From contig NW_024704743.1 in assembly GCF_018977255.1 (NCBI RefSeq), forward strand, positions 47,060,001 to 47,124,000: a stretch of DNA of 64,000 bases. Direction: 5' to 3'. Positions 25,227 to 38,661 of the stretch are shown here, in pieces. Under the pieces are notes generated by a model. That model was not told the DNA's origin, did not search any database, and was given only the letters and a program-made list of their open reading frames with translations. This DNA comes from Callorhinchus milii. Lineage: Eukaryota. Position 1 is the first letter of the stretch, and every line of letters begins with the position of its first letter. Made by a program: the position numbers and the translations under genes.

Positions 25227-25809
25227 AAAAGAACAACAACGTGCATTTATATAGCACCTTTCATGTCGGATGGCACCTCGGAGTGTTTAAAAGAGAAGCA
25301 CAATCACCCAAATATAAAGGACCGTGAAATAAAGCGGGCACTGCAAATAGCGTTTCTACAGTCTTTGAAAAACTCAGCAGCTTAATAAAGGAAATAATTG
25401 TTGGGAAATCTCATGCCATTTTCGTACTAGGACTTGGTCTACAGTGTCAAAGCAGCCTCTGGAGCCAAACCACATTTCCTAGCTCTGCACTTATCTGAAC
25501 CCTTGGTTTTAGTCCTGATTAGCTGATGCCTCCAGAGCAAGTTGACTCTGTCACTAGCAGTTAAAGTTATTAGTGAGGGTTTGTGGTGCTGTTTGGGCAG
25601 AACCAAATGAGGTTCGAAGGTTAGACATGGCCTTGCAAGTGCAAGAAACTATTTTCCGGAACACTGCTAATGGAAATACGAGTGAACAAACTGGGAAATG
25701 AGTCAGGAGGTAAAGTGGGCTGATGCAAATTGTTGTTGTAGAAGCATGGAGACAAGAACTCATTAGATCACAAGATTAGTTTGGATGAAGAATGCCCCTC
25801 AGCCCATGT

Positions 25810-26110
25810 CATTTCATCCTTTCAGAACACCCACCCATCCATCCCCCAAGCTGTTTTATAAATGATCCAGTGTTCTTGCCTCAGCCATCCTTCCTGGCAA
25901 CCTTTCCAGTCATTAATTACCTTCTGAGTAAACAACACCTTCCTGGTAACTATCCTGAAATTTCGCTTTGAAACTCTAAACCTAACTATTCTTGTTCCAT
26001 TGTCTTGGTGCATGCTAAAGAATTGCTTTTTCGATCCAATTTAAAATCTTTTACACTCCTATGATGTCTCATGTACGAAGTCTTCTCAAGACTGAAGAGC
26101 CCCAGCTTGT
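25810..26110 (-). mobile_element. CR1 LINE 3' fragment, diverged
   Basis: RKVLFTQKVINDW-like peptide, typical of the CR1 ORF2 end. Confidence 0.6.
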
Positions 26111-26124
26111 CTAGTTGTTAGTCA

Positions 26125-26920
26125 TAACCTGGGCCAATAGAAAAGTGCGGCCGTACTTTTTTCCATGGAAACTCCTGCAAACACTGCTCTCTACTACATA
26201 CCTTAACACACAGTATGCTAGGCCTGGACCTCTGTGTGCTGTTTGCTCAACGCTGCTACTGTGGAGCAGTGATTAGAGCACTCGCCTCACAAGCGAGAGA
26301 CTTGGGTTCGATTCCCGGCAGGGCAAAACCTTGGGCAAGTTTCCTTACTCCACACACCTGATAATAATTCCTCAAGAAAACAATAATAAATTGATCATTT
26401 CAATCCATGACAGTTTGTGGGACACTGCTGTGCGCAATTGGCTACCGTGTTTCGCCCACAAAAAATACAGTCAATTCACTTCACAGTCTATTCTGTAAAG
26501 CGCTTTGAGACGTCTAGAAGACGTGAAAAGCGTTTTATCAAATGCAAGGATTATTATTATTACTATTGTGGAGCGGCTCTGGTTGCGATTGCGCAAAATC
26601 AGCTTCGCCCGCTAGTGAATGAACCACGATACAAATATCAGCTATGTGACACTACTGCCGTCCGTTTGCTCAACGCCCGGCCTAAACTGAGCTCCTGTGA
26701 TGAATTCTTGGTAAGTGCTGTACTATTCAAATTAACATTTTTAGTATTTTAAACATAACTACATTTACAGGAAATATGTGCCTATAGTTTTAATCCGGGT
26801 TGTTTCACAAAATGCGTCTCTCAATAGCACCAATCAACCCGCCGTTATTTTCCACAAAATTTAACAAGGCTTCCCACATTTTTGGCAAATATTTCCGCAA
26901 TTTTTTATTGGCTCAGCTTA
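26125..26920. mobile_element. MITE-like non-autonomous DNA transposon (copy 1) with a nested SINE
   Basis: TIRs ta-acctgggccaatagaaaagtgcgg / ccgcaattttttattggctcagct-ta. A homologous copy lies at 42605-43306. Confidence 0.75.
26268..26562 (+). mobile_element. Young tRNA-derived SINE, short variant
   Basis: Head, body and (TTA)n tail; flanked by cta(c/t)tgtggagc. Confidence 0.92.
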
Positions 26921-27124
26921 TAACTCATTGCTCTAATACGGGATCATCTTTGTTGCTCTCCTCTGCACCACCTCTAGGGCCAAGGCAACCCTCTTGTGTT
27001 GCAGTAACCGGAACCGTCTGCAACTGAATATTGCAAAAGCAGAGGTCTTTGCGAGGGTTATAGATTACACAGGTTTTGAGAAGGGTTTATGGTGGATATA
27101 CGTAACAGAGGAAAGAACGAAAGG

Positions 27125-27530
27125 ATCTACAGTTTTAATTACCATCAGTGTCATACTGTTAATAACATTCGGTGCTATAGTTTTAATATAACACTAAAGA
27201 TTTAATGACTCTCAGTACTATAGTTATTATAAACTCTAATTTATTTAAAATAAAGCAGTGTTATTATAATATTAATAACTTTTAGTGTTGGTTTTAATAG
27301 CTGATGTTGACCTACAACATAGAGTTTATTTTTACTTTACAGTAAAATCCTGAGAAGCGCTTTGAGAGATCCTTCTGACGTAAAACGCACTATATCAAAT
27401 ACAAAGATTATTATTCTAAGATCTGTGTGATAGTTTTAATAACTATCAATGTTACGTTATCATAACTATCAGCGTTATAGTTTTAATAAACTCTAAGGGT
27501 TACACTGCAGTTACAATAAATTCTTAATGC
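27125..27530. repeat. Degenerate AT-rich minisatellite (unit about 24-25 bp, atagttttaataactatcagtgtt-like) interrupted by a SINE tail at ~27335-27417
   Basis: Recurring tagttttaat / taataact / cagtgt motifs at short regular spacing. Confidence 0.6.
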
Positions 27531-29759
27531 TACGGTTGTTTCTCTGCTTCCTGTGTGGATTTGCTAGGCTGGACTTGGCAATGGCCCAACGTTGAAATCA
27601 GGAGCTCACCACGTGAGGTATCCTGGGCATAGATCCATGTCCCATCATCCTGTGCTATAGTGCTTGAGCATTCCTGAATGGCCCTCAAACAGGACACTGT
27701 TCAGCAATTGCAGTTCTCAGCAAAAAGTTAGCAAGGAACATTGATGCATTTGCCAATTCCATTTTTCGTCCCTTCCACCAGACACAATCTCAATTTATAC
27801 AATCGTGTCCTAATTCAACTATTTTTCCAAAATGAAATGAAGCCTTGTAAACCACAACAATGTGAAATAAATAATATAGTACTTTACAACAAGAAAACTG
27901 ATGAAGAGTGACAAAGAGACTGGGGAGAATTGCAGTGGTTGGGGATGGAAGATGACTGGAAAGCATTACAAAATGGGGTAACGTCATTGGGGGTAAATTC
28001 ATTTTACTATTAAGCTTAATTCCCCACTGTTTGAAGTCCCGTGGCGCTATTTGAAAAGTGCAGTCAGTTTATCCCAGTGTCCTCACCTCCAATCCTCCAG
28101 ATAGTGTTAATTCACCTCACGCCTGTTTATGCCGTGTTTATCTACAAATTCAGTTACTGCATTTGACAGTAATTATCGGAGAAGCACTCTGACATGTTTC
28201 ACTGTTACAGGTAAGGTATAAATGTAAAGTTTGTTTCATTCCTACAGTCATGCCCAATATTCTATATCTCCTGCATACAGAACAGTAAGATTTTGTGTGC
28301 AGCCTTGTAACATATTGTAGATTATATTCTAATGCACCAATAATTTTGTTCATGGACTGGAAATGGTGAATGAACAGATGTCAATGGAGGTAGATCCTGG
28401 CGTCTTGCCAGTTTAATAATGCAAGTGTGCACAGTCTTTAAGAAGAAGAAAGAATGCACTCATTAGAAATCACAAGGTTTTAAAACAACACTTGAAACTT
28501 GCTAGCCCAGTACAAATAATGCTGTGCAACCGCAACTAAAAACATGAGTTCTCTCAGGAAAAACAGGGATTAAATCTGCACGAGCACAAAAGCATTGGCA
28601 CTTTATCTGAGAGAATTTCTCAAAAAGTAATCATTTGTTATTGCACTTCAAACCCCAAGTGTAACATAATGATTAAAGACCAAGTGTTTGAGATCGTAAG
28701 AATAGACGTACTGTTACAATGCTCCCCTATCTACTAAGAATTACTGGGAAATGGTCTTGTCTATGGATACAAGAAGGAACAAAATGAAGATAGCCAATCC
28801 TTAAGCATACAAAGGATAAACAATGATATATTGTTAACTCATTAATATTACAGATCCCAGTCAGCTCTGTGAAGAACTTTGAGACATCTGCCTGACTCGA
28901 AAGGCACTAATATAAATGTAAATTATTGTTGCAGTGATTTCAAAAACAGGAAGATAATGGCATGTGTTGAACAAAAAGGAAGGGTAGTACATAGTTAGTC
29001 TATGCGAGTTCAACCAGGTATGATCAACCTGCCAACATTCAATCCATGTAATTCATACCATTTCAGCCATTTCCAAGCAAATAGGGTCGTAACCAGGTGT
29101 AACTAGCTGGATTCTTTACCAAATATCACAATTTGCCTGTCCATCTTTTCGATGTAGGCAGTTTTCACTTGTGTGGACAAAATAAGCAGAAAAACAGAAA
29201 AAGCATCACCGAAAAAAGATATGACTGTAGAAAAAGGTCAGCTCATGACTTGGGAGCAATGATATTTCCCCGAGGGATGAGACAAATATCACAGGCTATA
29301 TGATTCGGGGCTCTTATTGTAATTGAGCTGAATCATGGCAACTGAGAGCCCAGTACGTAAAGGCACTGAGTCTTACACAGGCAAAGCATCGCACCTTCAT
29401 AGGAGGTCATCCAAGCCAGCAGCGTGGTCTTTACAATTGGACTCAGTGGTCTTGTGTTGGAGAAGTGGTGAAAATGGCCAGTATTCTGCTGATCCTTACT
29501 CACAGGGAAAGGAGTTTGTGTGGACAGCTGGTGAGGATAAAATTGGACTCTGCTTTATTTGCCCCAGTGACAAAATACCTAATCAATACAATACAATCAG
29601 TCATTCACTCCATGGCTGTTTGTGGAATATTGCTGTACACTGACTGCCACGTTTCACCACTTTAATCCACTTTACAGAATATCCTGTGAAGTGCTTTGAG
29701 ATATCTCAATGACGTATTAAGGCTCTACATCAAATGCAAGGAATATTATTATTAATAAT

Positions 29760-30580
29760 AATTCAACGATTTGCTTTTATATAGCACCCTTCACCTGCTG
29801 CAGAGTGCTTAACAGCAGTATGGTTTGACACCGAGCTGGAAAGGGAGAGATCGTGACTGAAGACATTGTCAAAGAGGAAAGACTAGGTGTGATTTGAAGA
29901 CAGGCAAAGGCTGGGAGGATTGAGGCAGGGAGGTCCAAAGATTTGCGGCATAATGGTTGAAAGCATGGCTGCCAGTGGTGGTGGAGAGGGCAAGGAACAT
30001 GCAGCAGACCCGAGCAACCTGCGTGAAGTTCGTAGGTAGTGGAGTGGGGTGTAGTGGATTGGTTTCTCCCACAAATACACAGTCAATTCACTTTGCAGTA
30101 TATTCTGTGAAGCGCTTTGAGACGTCTACAAGACGTGAAAAGCGCTCTATCAAATGCAAGGATTATTATTATTATTGGAGAGGAATGGAGGTCCCAGGGC
30201 ATGAAGTAATTTGAAAGTGAGAGTAAGGATCTTGAAATTGATCCGTTCTGCAACAGGGAGCAAGTGGAGCCTAGCAAGCACTGGAGTGATGCAGGGGTGG
30301 AGCCTGGTATGGGTCAGAATACCGGCGACAGAGTTTTGAATAATTTGGATCTTGTTAATAGTGGAGCTGGGAAGGTGTGCTTTGGAAAAACTTGAATTCA
30401 TATATCGCCCTTTGCTTCCAAAGAGCATTTACTGTGCTGGTTGGGCCCCTGAGCTGGCAATGGGAACCGTTGGAAGGTGGGGGGTGCAGTTAGGAATGGG
30501 AAAGATGATCAAAAGCGTGGTCAAAGATGTACATTTTGAGACATGCCTTGAAAGATCTGAGGAAGTTTGGGTGATTCCAG
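29760..30580 (-). mobile_element. L2 LINE fragments with a + strand SINE 3' fragment inserted at ~30063-30175
   Basis: KIQIIQNSVAGILT...LARLHLL peptide on the minus strand; the insert has the family tail. Confidence 0.8.
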
Positions 30581-30909
30581 GATGGTGTTCCAGACACCAG
30601 GGGCAGAATGGCTGCAGATGGTGGGGACATGAAACAGGCAGGTTCTCATTGAGCAATCGAAGGTAAGTAGGTCAGTTAATACTCATTATCAAGCACAATG
30701 AATATCAGCTACCCTGAATGAAGTACCATCAAGTAACCCAGTAAAAGGTCAGACAGTTTCAGGACAGGAGGAAATAAAGGTAGTGGGAAGAGGGAAAAAT
30801 ATATAAGAATGCAGCTTCATTTATGAGATTTAGAAGTGTATAAAAACAGAAAAGCAAGCTCCACAGACTTGTTTATCTCAGCAAGTCAACAATTGACTTG
30901 TTGAGATAA

Positions 30910-31580
30910 ATGAGTCCTGTCCTTGAATGGTTCAGATTGTACCTCTCACACTGTCTCCACTTCATCTCCACAAACTATTTCCCCTCTAGCCCCCACACTG
31001 TCTCGTATGGTGTTTCTCAGGGCTCTGTCCTTGGTCCCATCCTCTTCAATATCTATATGCTCCTTTTGGTGACATCATGACCTGCAGACATGGAGTCAAC
31101 TTCCACATGTATGCGGATGACACCCAACTCTATCTCTCTGCCTCCATCCTTAACTCCAGGACAACTGCTGTGCTGACAGAATGTCTGTCAGACATCAAGT
31201 CCTGGATGAGAGCTAACTTTCTACAGTTGAACGTCAGCAAGATCGAGACTCTCCTGATTGGCTCCCGTCAGCGCCTCCACACCTCAGGCGCTGACAGCAT
31301 CACCATCCATGGTTGCACACTCCACCTTACTAAGCCAGTCCGGAACCTTGGGGTCTTGTTTGACCCTCAACTATTCTTCCTAACCCACATTCATGCCATG
31401 ACCCACTTCGCTCGCCCCTACCTCTGTGACCTCCTAGCCCCCTCCCAACCTGCCCGCTCTCTCCACTCAGCAAGTTCCAACCTGCTTCATGTCCCCTGCC
31501 TCGCCCATCCCACCATTAGTGGGCGGGCCTTCACCCACTCTGCCCCAATCCTCTGGAACTCCATTCTGCAGTCCCTCTGC
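30910..31580 (+). mobile_element. L2 LINE fragment including the RT catalytic motif, internally deleted
   Basis: cagggctctgtccttggtccc (QGSVLGP) and HMYADDTQLYLS. Jumps to the 3' region near 31410. Confidence 0.93.
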
Positions 31581-32707
31581 ATTTTTTTTTGACAGCTGGG
31601 TGTCTGACACAAAAACCTATCAACGTATTTAAGAGTATCCAAACCAAACCACAAGGGTACCTTGTGTTCTTAGGCATCTCTCTAGAGTGTGAGTTCTCTT
31701 GTAATGCAGGTATCCTATGGACCCATGGATACCAGAAGTGTGGCATGCTCAAGGCTTTTTAAACAGGGCATAGGAAGCCAACTGTTCAGCCTCAACTGCT
31801 CTAGTGCTGAACCAACAGCTGAAAGTTACATCAGTGATGAAGACCCAGCAGAGGGACCAGTGGCCTTTTTTAATGTAGATTTTTATTTTATGAACTTGAA
31901 ACAGGGTCACACTGTATTGAGATGATGGCCTACCCATGCCCTCACATACACAAGTGAAGCATATGCACACACACATATGTATACACAATAGGAAGAGACT
32001 ACTCTGCTAAAAATACCAGTGACGTATAATCCAACAAGAAGTATTGGGAATACCTTGTGTGTGTGGCATATCCCTTCCATGTTCATTATTGCCTACTATT
32101 TACCTTGAACGGATGAAAGGATAGCAAAACCACTTAGACAAGTCTGTCCATTGAAAAGTACAAATTACTGAAACCACTGAGTATATAACATTTAAGGTTT
32201 CAAATTTCAAAGGGTATTTTTGGTTTTCAGTCATCTAATAACACAGTGTGTTAATGATTTCAACTGAGGGTTGTTTCAAAACATTATGCTGGTAAGAAAT
32301 AATGAATGTGCTAAAGACCAAATATAACAACCACTTACACTGTTCACAATATACAAGTATCACGTAACCTAAATTGCATTATACAACCTGAAATCTTTGT
32401 GCTGTATAGCTCTTATACTACATTTATACCTTTTGGGAGCAAAGCTATTTTGCTCCCATTAGTATAGTGATATATATGGAGAAGGAATCTACCTTGTTCA
32501 TTCTTGTTGCTCCACATCCGTTTCAATTGGGGTATGAATAAAAACCATTACATTTTGAATGTCAAAATTGAGTCTTCTTTTTAAAACTAGTTCTTTAATA
32601 TCATTATAAATATTCTTTGGTCATCCAAGCTCTGAATGGACCTGATGGGATCAATCCTACAACAATATGTGCCATATAAGCAGAATCTTAGGCCATTTAG
32701 GGATATT

Positions 32708-32733
32708 GTGTGTGTGTGTGTGTGTGTGTGTGT
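32708..32733. repeat. (TG)n microsatellite
   Basis: About 13 TG units. Confidence 0.95.
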
Positions 32734-33769
32734 ATAATATGTGTGTAATAATTATCATAGAATGAGCCCAAAGGGAGGCCTTTCGGCCCCTCATGTTTGT
32801 CTGAACTGTCTCTCTTATTTGTTTACCAGACAAAATTGATGCAAGGACAGAAAATAGTTTTTTTAATGGATAGTTTTGTGATGATGCCTTGGGACGTCCT
32901 CCCGACGTGAAAGGCGCTATACAAATCTAATCTTGTTGTTGTTGTGAATTAACACCTCCCTGACATCTAGAGAACAGCTTCTCCCTTCAGAAATGACCCA
33001 GCGCCATTGTGGATTTTAATACAGCCCCAGCATCTACTGTTTGATCGTGAGAAGTAGGGAGCACTTTGTGCTTCTTTGCCAAATAGAGAATTACATACAA
33101 TTACAGACTGTTACAGCGCAGGAACAAGCCACTCAATCCAACTATCCTGTGCTGATGTTTATACTCCATACAGGTCTCCTCCCCACCTAAACCCCTCTCC
33201 TATATCCCTCTATCCCCTTCTCCTTCATGTGTGCATCAAGCTTTCTATAAGTTAGCCCACTAACAACATTTCATATTTCTCAGTTATTTGCATGGTTTGA
33301 TTTGGAATCAGCATCAGATATTAAGAAATTATTGAAAGTGGTAGAGGAAAGGTGCGCGGGGAGGAAGAGGTAATGCTCCCTCAACTGGCGGTACATTTAG
33401 TGCACTTTGCTGATGTGCTAATTTACTGTCATATAGAGAATTAACCCCCGCCCCCCAAGAGGTGAGGATTGCCAGGTGGAAAATCTGAAAAAAGTTCAGA
33501 TTTGGAATTACTGACAATCAAATCAGTTTGTATTTTCAGCCAGGTTAGCACCACCTAAATCATTGAAATTTACAGCACCAAAAGCAATTCTTGTGCTGGC
33601 TCTTTTGAAGCACAATCCTTTCAGTCCAATTTATCTCCTTTTGCCCATATATGGGTCACAATGTATCAAGACTCAACACATTCGGCAAGTACAAATCAAT
33701 CCAAATTTGACTTGAATCAGATTCCGAAGCTTTTAATGCACTAAACTCCATACCCTCATCATAGCAGTT

Positions 33770-34195
33770 CTAGCCAGGCTCCACTAGCTTTCTATCGCCA
33801 AACGGATCGATTTCAAGATTCTCACACTCGTTTTCAAATCCCTTCATGCCCTGGCACCCTGCTACCTCTCTGACCTGCTTAACCCCCAACCAACTACCCA
33901 TTGCCTCTGCTCGACTGGCTCCGGCCTTCTGCATGTCCCTCCTCCCCCCCACCCCCCCGTTCCACCATCGGTGGCCGCGCTTTCAAACTCTGGAATACCC
34001 AGAGTCTCTAGAACACTTTTCCTGTATCCCTCCGTCTTGCCCTTTCCTTTCTCATCTTAAGATGGCATCTTCCTCTTCGACCATGCCTATGGTCACTTCC
34101 CCCTCCCAACTGCTCGGCGGCGTGCTTTGCCACTTGTCAAGCGCTCTGGGACCCTACACTGCATGAGGGACGCTATATAAATGCAAGTTTCTGTT
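33770..34195 (+). mobile_element. L2 LINE 3' fragment
   Basis: aggctccactagctt...ttcaagattctc; tail gggacgctatataaatgcaagtt. Confidence 0.8.
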
Positions 34196-35059
34196 TTACA
34201 AGCCTACAGTATAGATAATGAGTGGTTCAGTCGAGGGAGAGTATGAGGAGGATCGGATCCTAGAATCAGTGTTATTGTTTTCAAAAAAGCCATGAAATGA
34301 CAGAAATGATAGTTTTAGTAATTGTGGCAGATCAAAATAAATTTGACTGCCACATCATGTACATTATTTTACTGGTATAAAGTACATAATAATAATCTTT
34401 GCATTTGATATAGCACCTTAATCAATCATCGAGGTGTCCCAAAGTGCGTCAACACATTGCACTTAAAACCTCTTGGAAGTTGTATACTACTTTTTAATGT
34501 TGATGGAGCCAAATTTGATACTGTTCAAAAGCAGTGAACTGCAGAATGGTATTCAATTCTAGATTAGCTATGCTCCTGCTCCATGGAGTCTAATCCTTTA
34601 ATGTTCTGATGCAGGCTGAAAATGATCACAAAACACTATTGACTGCACAGCGGTTTCCTTAATACAGTCCTCTAACCTAATCAGCTCCTTCCTTCCACTT
34701 GGCACAGTTAATCCCCTCTTCAAAGGCCACACTGTAAAATGATTGAACATTTAAACAGATGAAAAGACTTTTAATCCCTCGCAATTTTCAATTCATGTAA
34801 TTCATGTTATGCAATAAGAATATTAACAGAACTTTCTTATTTGAATATCCCACTTCAATCTTTTCTCAAAAAAATCCAGACACTATTACAGTAATATTAG
34901 TAATTGCATATTTAGAAATTTACAGCACACAAAAGAAACATTTGGTCCATTGTCCCCATGTTGACTTTTTGAAAGAGCAATTCATTCAACCAACAGCAAC
35001 TTGCATTTATATAGCACCCTTAACATGGGGCAGTGTCTCGGAGCACTTCAGTGCCATTT

Positions 35060-35290
35060 AACTGTCTTTTCCCCCATACAGCTGGAGATTATTCTTTTTT
35101 AAATATCTATCAAGTTCCCTCTTGAAAGCTAATGTGGATTCTGCCTTGGTCACTGCACCTAGCAGGTCATTCCATGCAACAACTCTCCATGTAAGAAAAA
35201 TCCTTCTAATCTCTCCCGTCATTCCTGTGGTTATTATCTTAAATTGATGCCCTCGGGTCACTGACTCACCCATTCTGTGAAAATGTTTTC
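35060..35290 (-). mobile_element. CR1 LINE 3' fragment
   Basis: TRGHQFKI...RRIFLTWRVVAWNDL...FKRELDRYL, the CR1 ORF2 C-terminus. Confidence 0.85.
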
Positions 35291-35914
35291 ATCACTCATA
35301 AAAAAATGATCTCCATCAAATTAAAAAAAACAAAAAAAGAACAAGAAAAGTACATCTCACCTATCACGACAAATCTTTCCACAGCTATGGTGGTCATTTA
35401 TTTTATGGCTGTCTGTGGAACATTACTATGCTTAAATTGGCTGCCATATTCACCGTCAAAATACAGTCATTGCACTTTACAGTATATCCTGTGAAGTACT
35501 TTGTACATCCGTCTGCTGTGAAGGTCGTTGTATCAGATGGAAGTATAATTACTTATTATGGCACACCTATCCAATTACGCATAACACCCAGATACTTTTA
35601 TCTCCTGAAGATATATTCTGTAAACATAACCCACCCCAACGCCCAATGTTATCAAATAAAACAGATTATTCATTAGTTTCCTCATATCCATTACTCATCC
35701 TTGGCTTCCTTCTGTTCAGTTATCATTCTTACCCACCCCCATCCCCAGCAACACAGAAATCATCGTGTTTTGTCTATCTATCCTTACGTCCTATGATACT
35801 GTTCTGAAATTGGATACTTTATTCAATTTGTTTTTGAATGAGTTAAGTGATGTACCATAATTTTTTTCATTTGTAAATCTGTTCTTGTATTTATTACTGT
35901 TGAAAATTTCAATC

Positions 35915-36217
35915 ATAATAATAATCCTTGCATTTAATATAGCGCCCTACCACGTCTTCAAGTCGTCTCAAAGCGCTTTACAGGATATACTGTTAAGTGA
36001 ATTTACTGTATATTTTGTGACCGAAACACGGCAGCCAATTGTGAACAGCAGTGTCCTACAAACAGTTGTGGATTAAGTGACCAAATTTTTTTTTAGGGGA
36101 TTATTATACCCGGAAAAGCAATTTGCCAATCGCCTAACAACTAGGTTCCTACTTACTGCTTGGTGAACAGTGGGTGTGTGGAGTAAGGAAACTTGCCTAA
36201 GGTTTCGCCCTGCCCAG
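35915..36217 (-). mobile_element. Young tRNA-derived SINE, long variant, 5'-truncated
   Basis: Reverse-complement tail and body up to gtttcgccctgcccaggaa. Confidence 0.9.
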
Positions 36218-36779
36218 GAATATTCAGAGAACTGCTTCAAAATAGAAGAACCTGTGAGCTCTTGCCTTTGGTTATTATTTGCATGCAGCTGCCAAAGACA
36301 TGTCTGCACTGAGCAATGAGCTGCAGACAATAACTGATTCTTGACCACAGCCTTTCCCCCCAAAATTCCCAGACCACGAATTGAGGATATCTGAATTAGG
36401 CTGGTTTGGGAATTCTATTAAATGGAATTCTTTTAAGATCATTGTCTCCATTCCAACAATCTATCTCTGGGATTTCCATGAGGAGGCGAGATGAATGGAA
36501 TTCTCAGCTTGGTTTGGATACTCTTAAGCATAGTGATGGGTTTCCGCATGTGTCAGACACCCAGCTGGCTAAAAAAAAAAACGTTTTAAGAGATTTGAAA
36601 AGAAAAAGTATTTGAGTGTGAAGTGAACGAGACTCAGATCAACTGATTAAATAAGGAGATCACGACTAATTCAAAGGTCAAGCAAAATAGAAACATTTTA
36701 AAAGATACGAGGAAAGAAAAAGTAATTGGGATTAGTCAGTTTAACATTAACAAAAATGGATCATTAGGAGGCAATAGAA

Positions 36780-37680
36780 AATCAACAACAATTTGCATTT
36801 AAATAACAACAACAAAATTACATTTATAAAGCGCCTTTCATGTCGGGAGGACGTCCTAAAGACACTGAACAGTCAGGGATCAGGACCCAAGCATAGGGGA
36901 GGGGTGGGGTAGAGGTGAGGAAAGGCAGAGAGGTTGGAGGGCGACTGAAGGCACGATAACATAACATGTAGGAGCAGGAGTAGGCCATTCGGCCCTTTGA
37001 GCCTGCCCCGCCATTCAATCATGACTGATCTTCCAATCTAACTTCAGCTAATACGAATCGAAGAGAAGGGTCTTGAGACCGGCCTTGAAGGAGGCAAGGG
37101 AGGAAGTGAGGTGAAGGGACTGTGGGATGGAGTTCCAGAGTGTGGGAGCAGAGAGGTTGAAAACCCAGCCACCGATGGTAGGGTGGGTCAGGCGGGAGAC
37201 ATGGAGCAGGCCAGAGCCTGATGAACGGAGGGAGTGGGCAGTTTGGTAGGGAAGTCAGCAGGTTAGAGAGGTAGGAGTTAGGAGGGGGCAACGCCCTTTA
37301 TTGGAAATAAATGCTACGAGATGCCACCGCGCATGAAGGGCATTGTATAAATGAAAGTTATTGTTGTTGATGATCTTTTGGAGTACTTTACAGTAATAGG
37401 GTTGTTTAGATTGGACCCTGAGCAGGGAAGAGGGGAAAATGGGGAGGTGACCGTATGTGCTGTTGAAGAGGTACACAAGACAGGTGGGAAGAGGGACAGA
37501 GTTTCAGGGAAGCGTAAAATCTAAAAGGTGGTCTGAAAGCTCAGTGACATGGATGCTGCAGGGGAGACACAGCTCACCCAAATTAGCTGACTGGAATGAG
37601 GTAGGAGGAAATCAGGGAGGTGGGGATGTGCTGGATCGTGAAGTAAACAAGTTAAAGATGATCAGTGGCATCCAAAGACA
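36780..37680 (-). mobile_element. Cluster of L2 fragments with a CR1 3'-end insert (~36960-37040) and a + strand L2 tail (~37310-37370)
   Basis: Reverse complement of the 4800-5220 type sequence; ggagcaggagtaggccattcggccc is a CR1-type 3' terminus. Confidence 0.8.
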
Positions 37681-37979
37681 CTTTATAGCTTTATATGCTA
37701 GCAGTGTACAGAAGTGAATTTCAGATCAGACAGTTCAAACTGTAGGACAGTGCTCACTGAGCAAAGGGAGTCAAATTCATGGATTGTCATTATCTGCAGT
37801 GATTGCAGAACCAAACTTGACCATGAACCTAAAACAAAAGGGGGAATATTTTCTAGGTATTAAAAATAGCAACATGAATGGATGATATTTTTTGTAAAAT
37901 GTTGCATTTGACTTAGACTGAAGCAAAACCCAGGACATAGATATAGAATTAAAAACAATTCAAGTGAGAAAGCGTAGAG

Positions 37980-38293
37980 GTGGAGTCCTGTAGTTTAGTG
38001 GTTAGAGCACTTGCCTCGCAAGTGAGAGGACCTGGGTTTGATTCCCGGGCAGAGTGAAACTTTGGACAAGTTTCCTTACTCCACACGTTTTTGATTACCT
38101 TGTAGTAAGTAGAAACCCGGTTGTTATTCGATTACTGAATCGCTTTTCCGGGGGTAATAATCCCTTGAAAACATTTTTTTTTGTTAAAAATAAAATTTGG
38201 TCACTTAATCCATAATTGTCTGTGGGACACTGCTGTGGGCTATTAGATGCAGCGTTTCATCCTCAAAGATGCAAAGATGATTATTATTATATT
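37980..38293 (+). mobile_element. Young tRNA-derived SINE, long variant, 3' internal deletion
   Basis: gtggagtcctgtagtttagtggttagagc head through to an (ATT)n tail. Confidence 0.9.
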
Positions 38294-38601
38294 ATATCTG
38301 AGCTCATTAGTAGAGAGGTGAAGGTACTATAAGTGGGCATCACAAAATATTTGTGTTTGGGTTAGTTATATGGAGGTTAAAATGTCATTATTTCACTTCG
38401 CAACTAATTCCAAATAATTACTTTACCCTCCTCGGTACATCTGTCTGTATGTATGTCTGTAGACCTTGTAGACTGTGGGAATCTACCCACTTTGATTTCT
38501 GTGCAGAAAAGGAGATTGGGAGATGGGACATTAACAGCCTAATTCAGAGCCTCACTCTTTCCCCTTCATACATTCTATGGTTTGAACAAAGGAAATACTG
38601 A

Positions 38602-38661
38602 AATAACTATCATTATATTATTAATAACTATCATTATATTATTAATAACTATTATTATATT
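38602..38661. repeat. 21-bp tandem repeat (aataactatcattatattatt) x ~2.9
   Basis: Directly visible, one mismatch in the third unit. Confidence 0.9.

Noticed and set aside
26417..26752. Recurrent ORFs ending [21 protein letters not shown]
   Set aside because: Translations of the SINE 3' tail, repeated wherever the SINE occurs.
27125..27530. CRISPR-like array
   Set aside because: Degenerate tandem units without unique spacers, no cas genes, eukaryotic context.
31077..31592. YADD reverse transcriptase ORF as an active or novel RT system (retron, DGR)
   Set aside because: Truncated, internally deleted L2 copy in a vertebrate intron; no endonuclease and no full RT.
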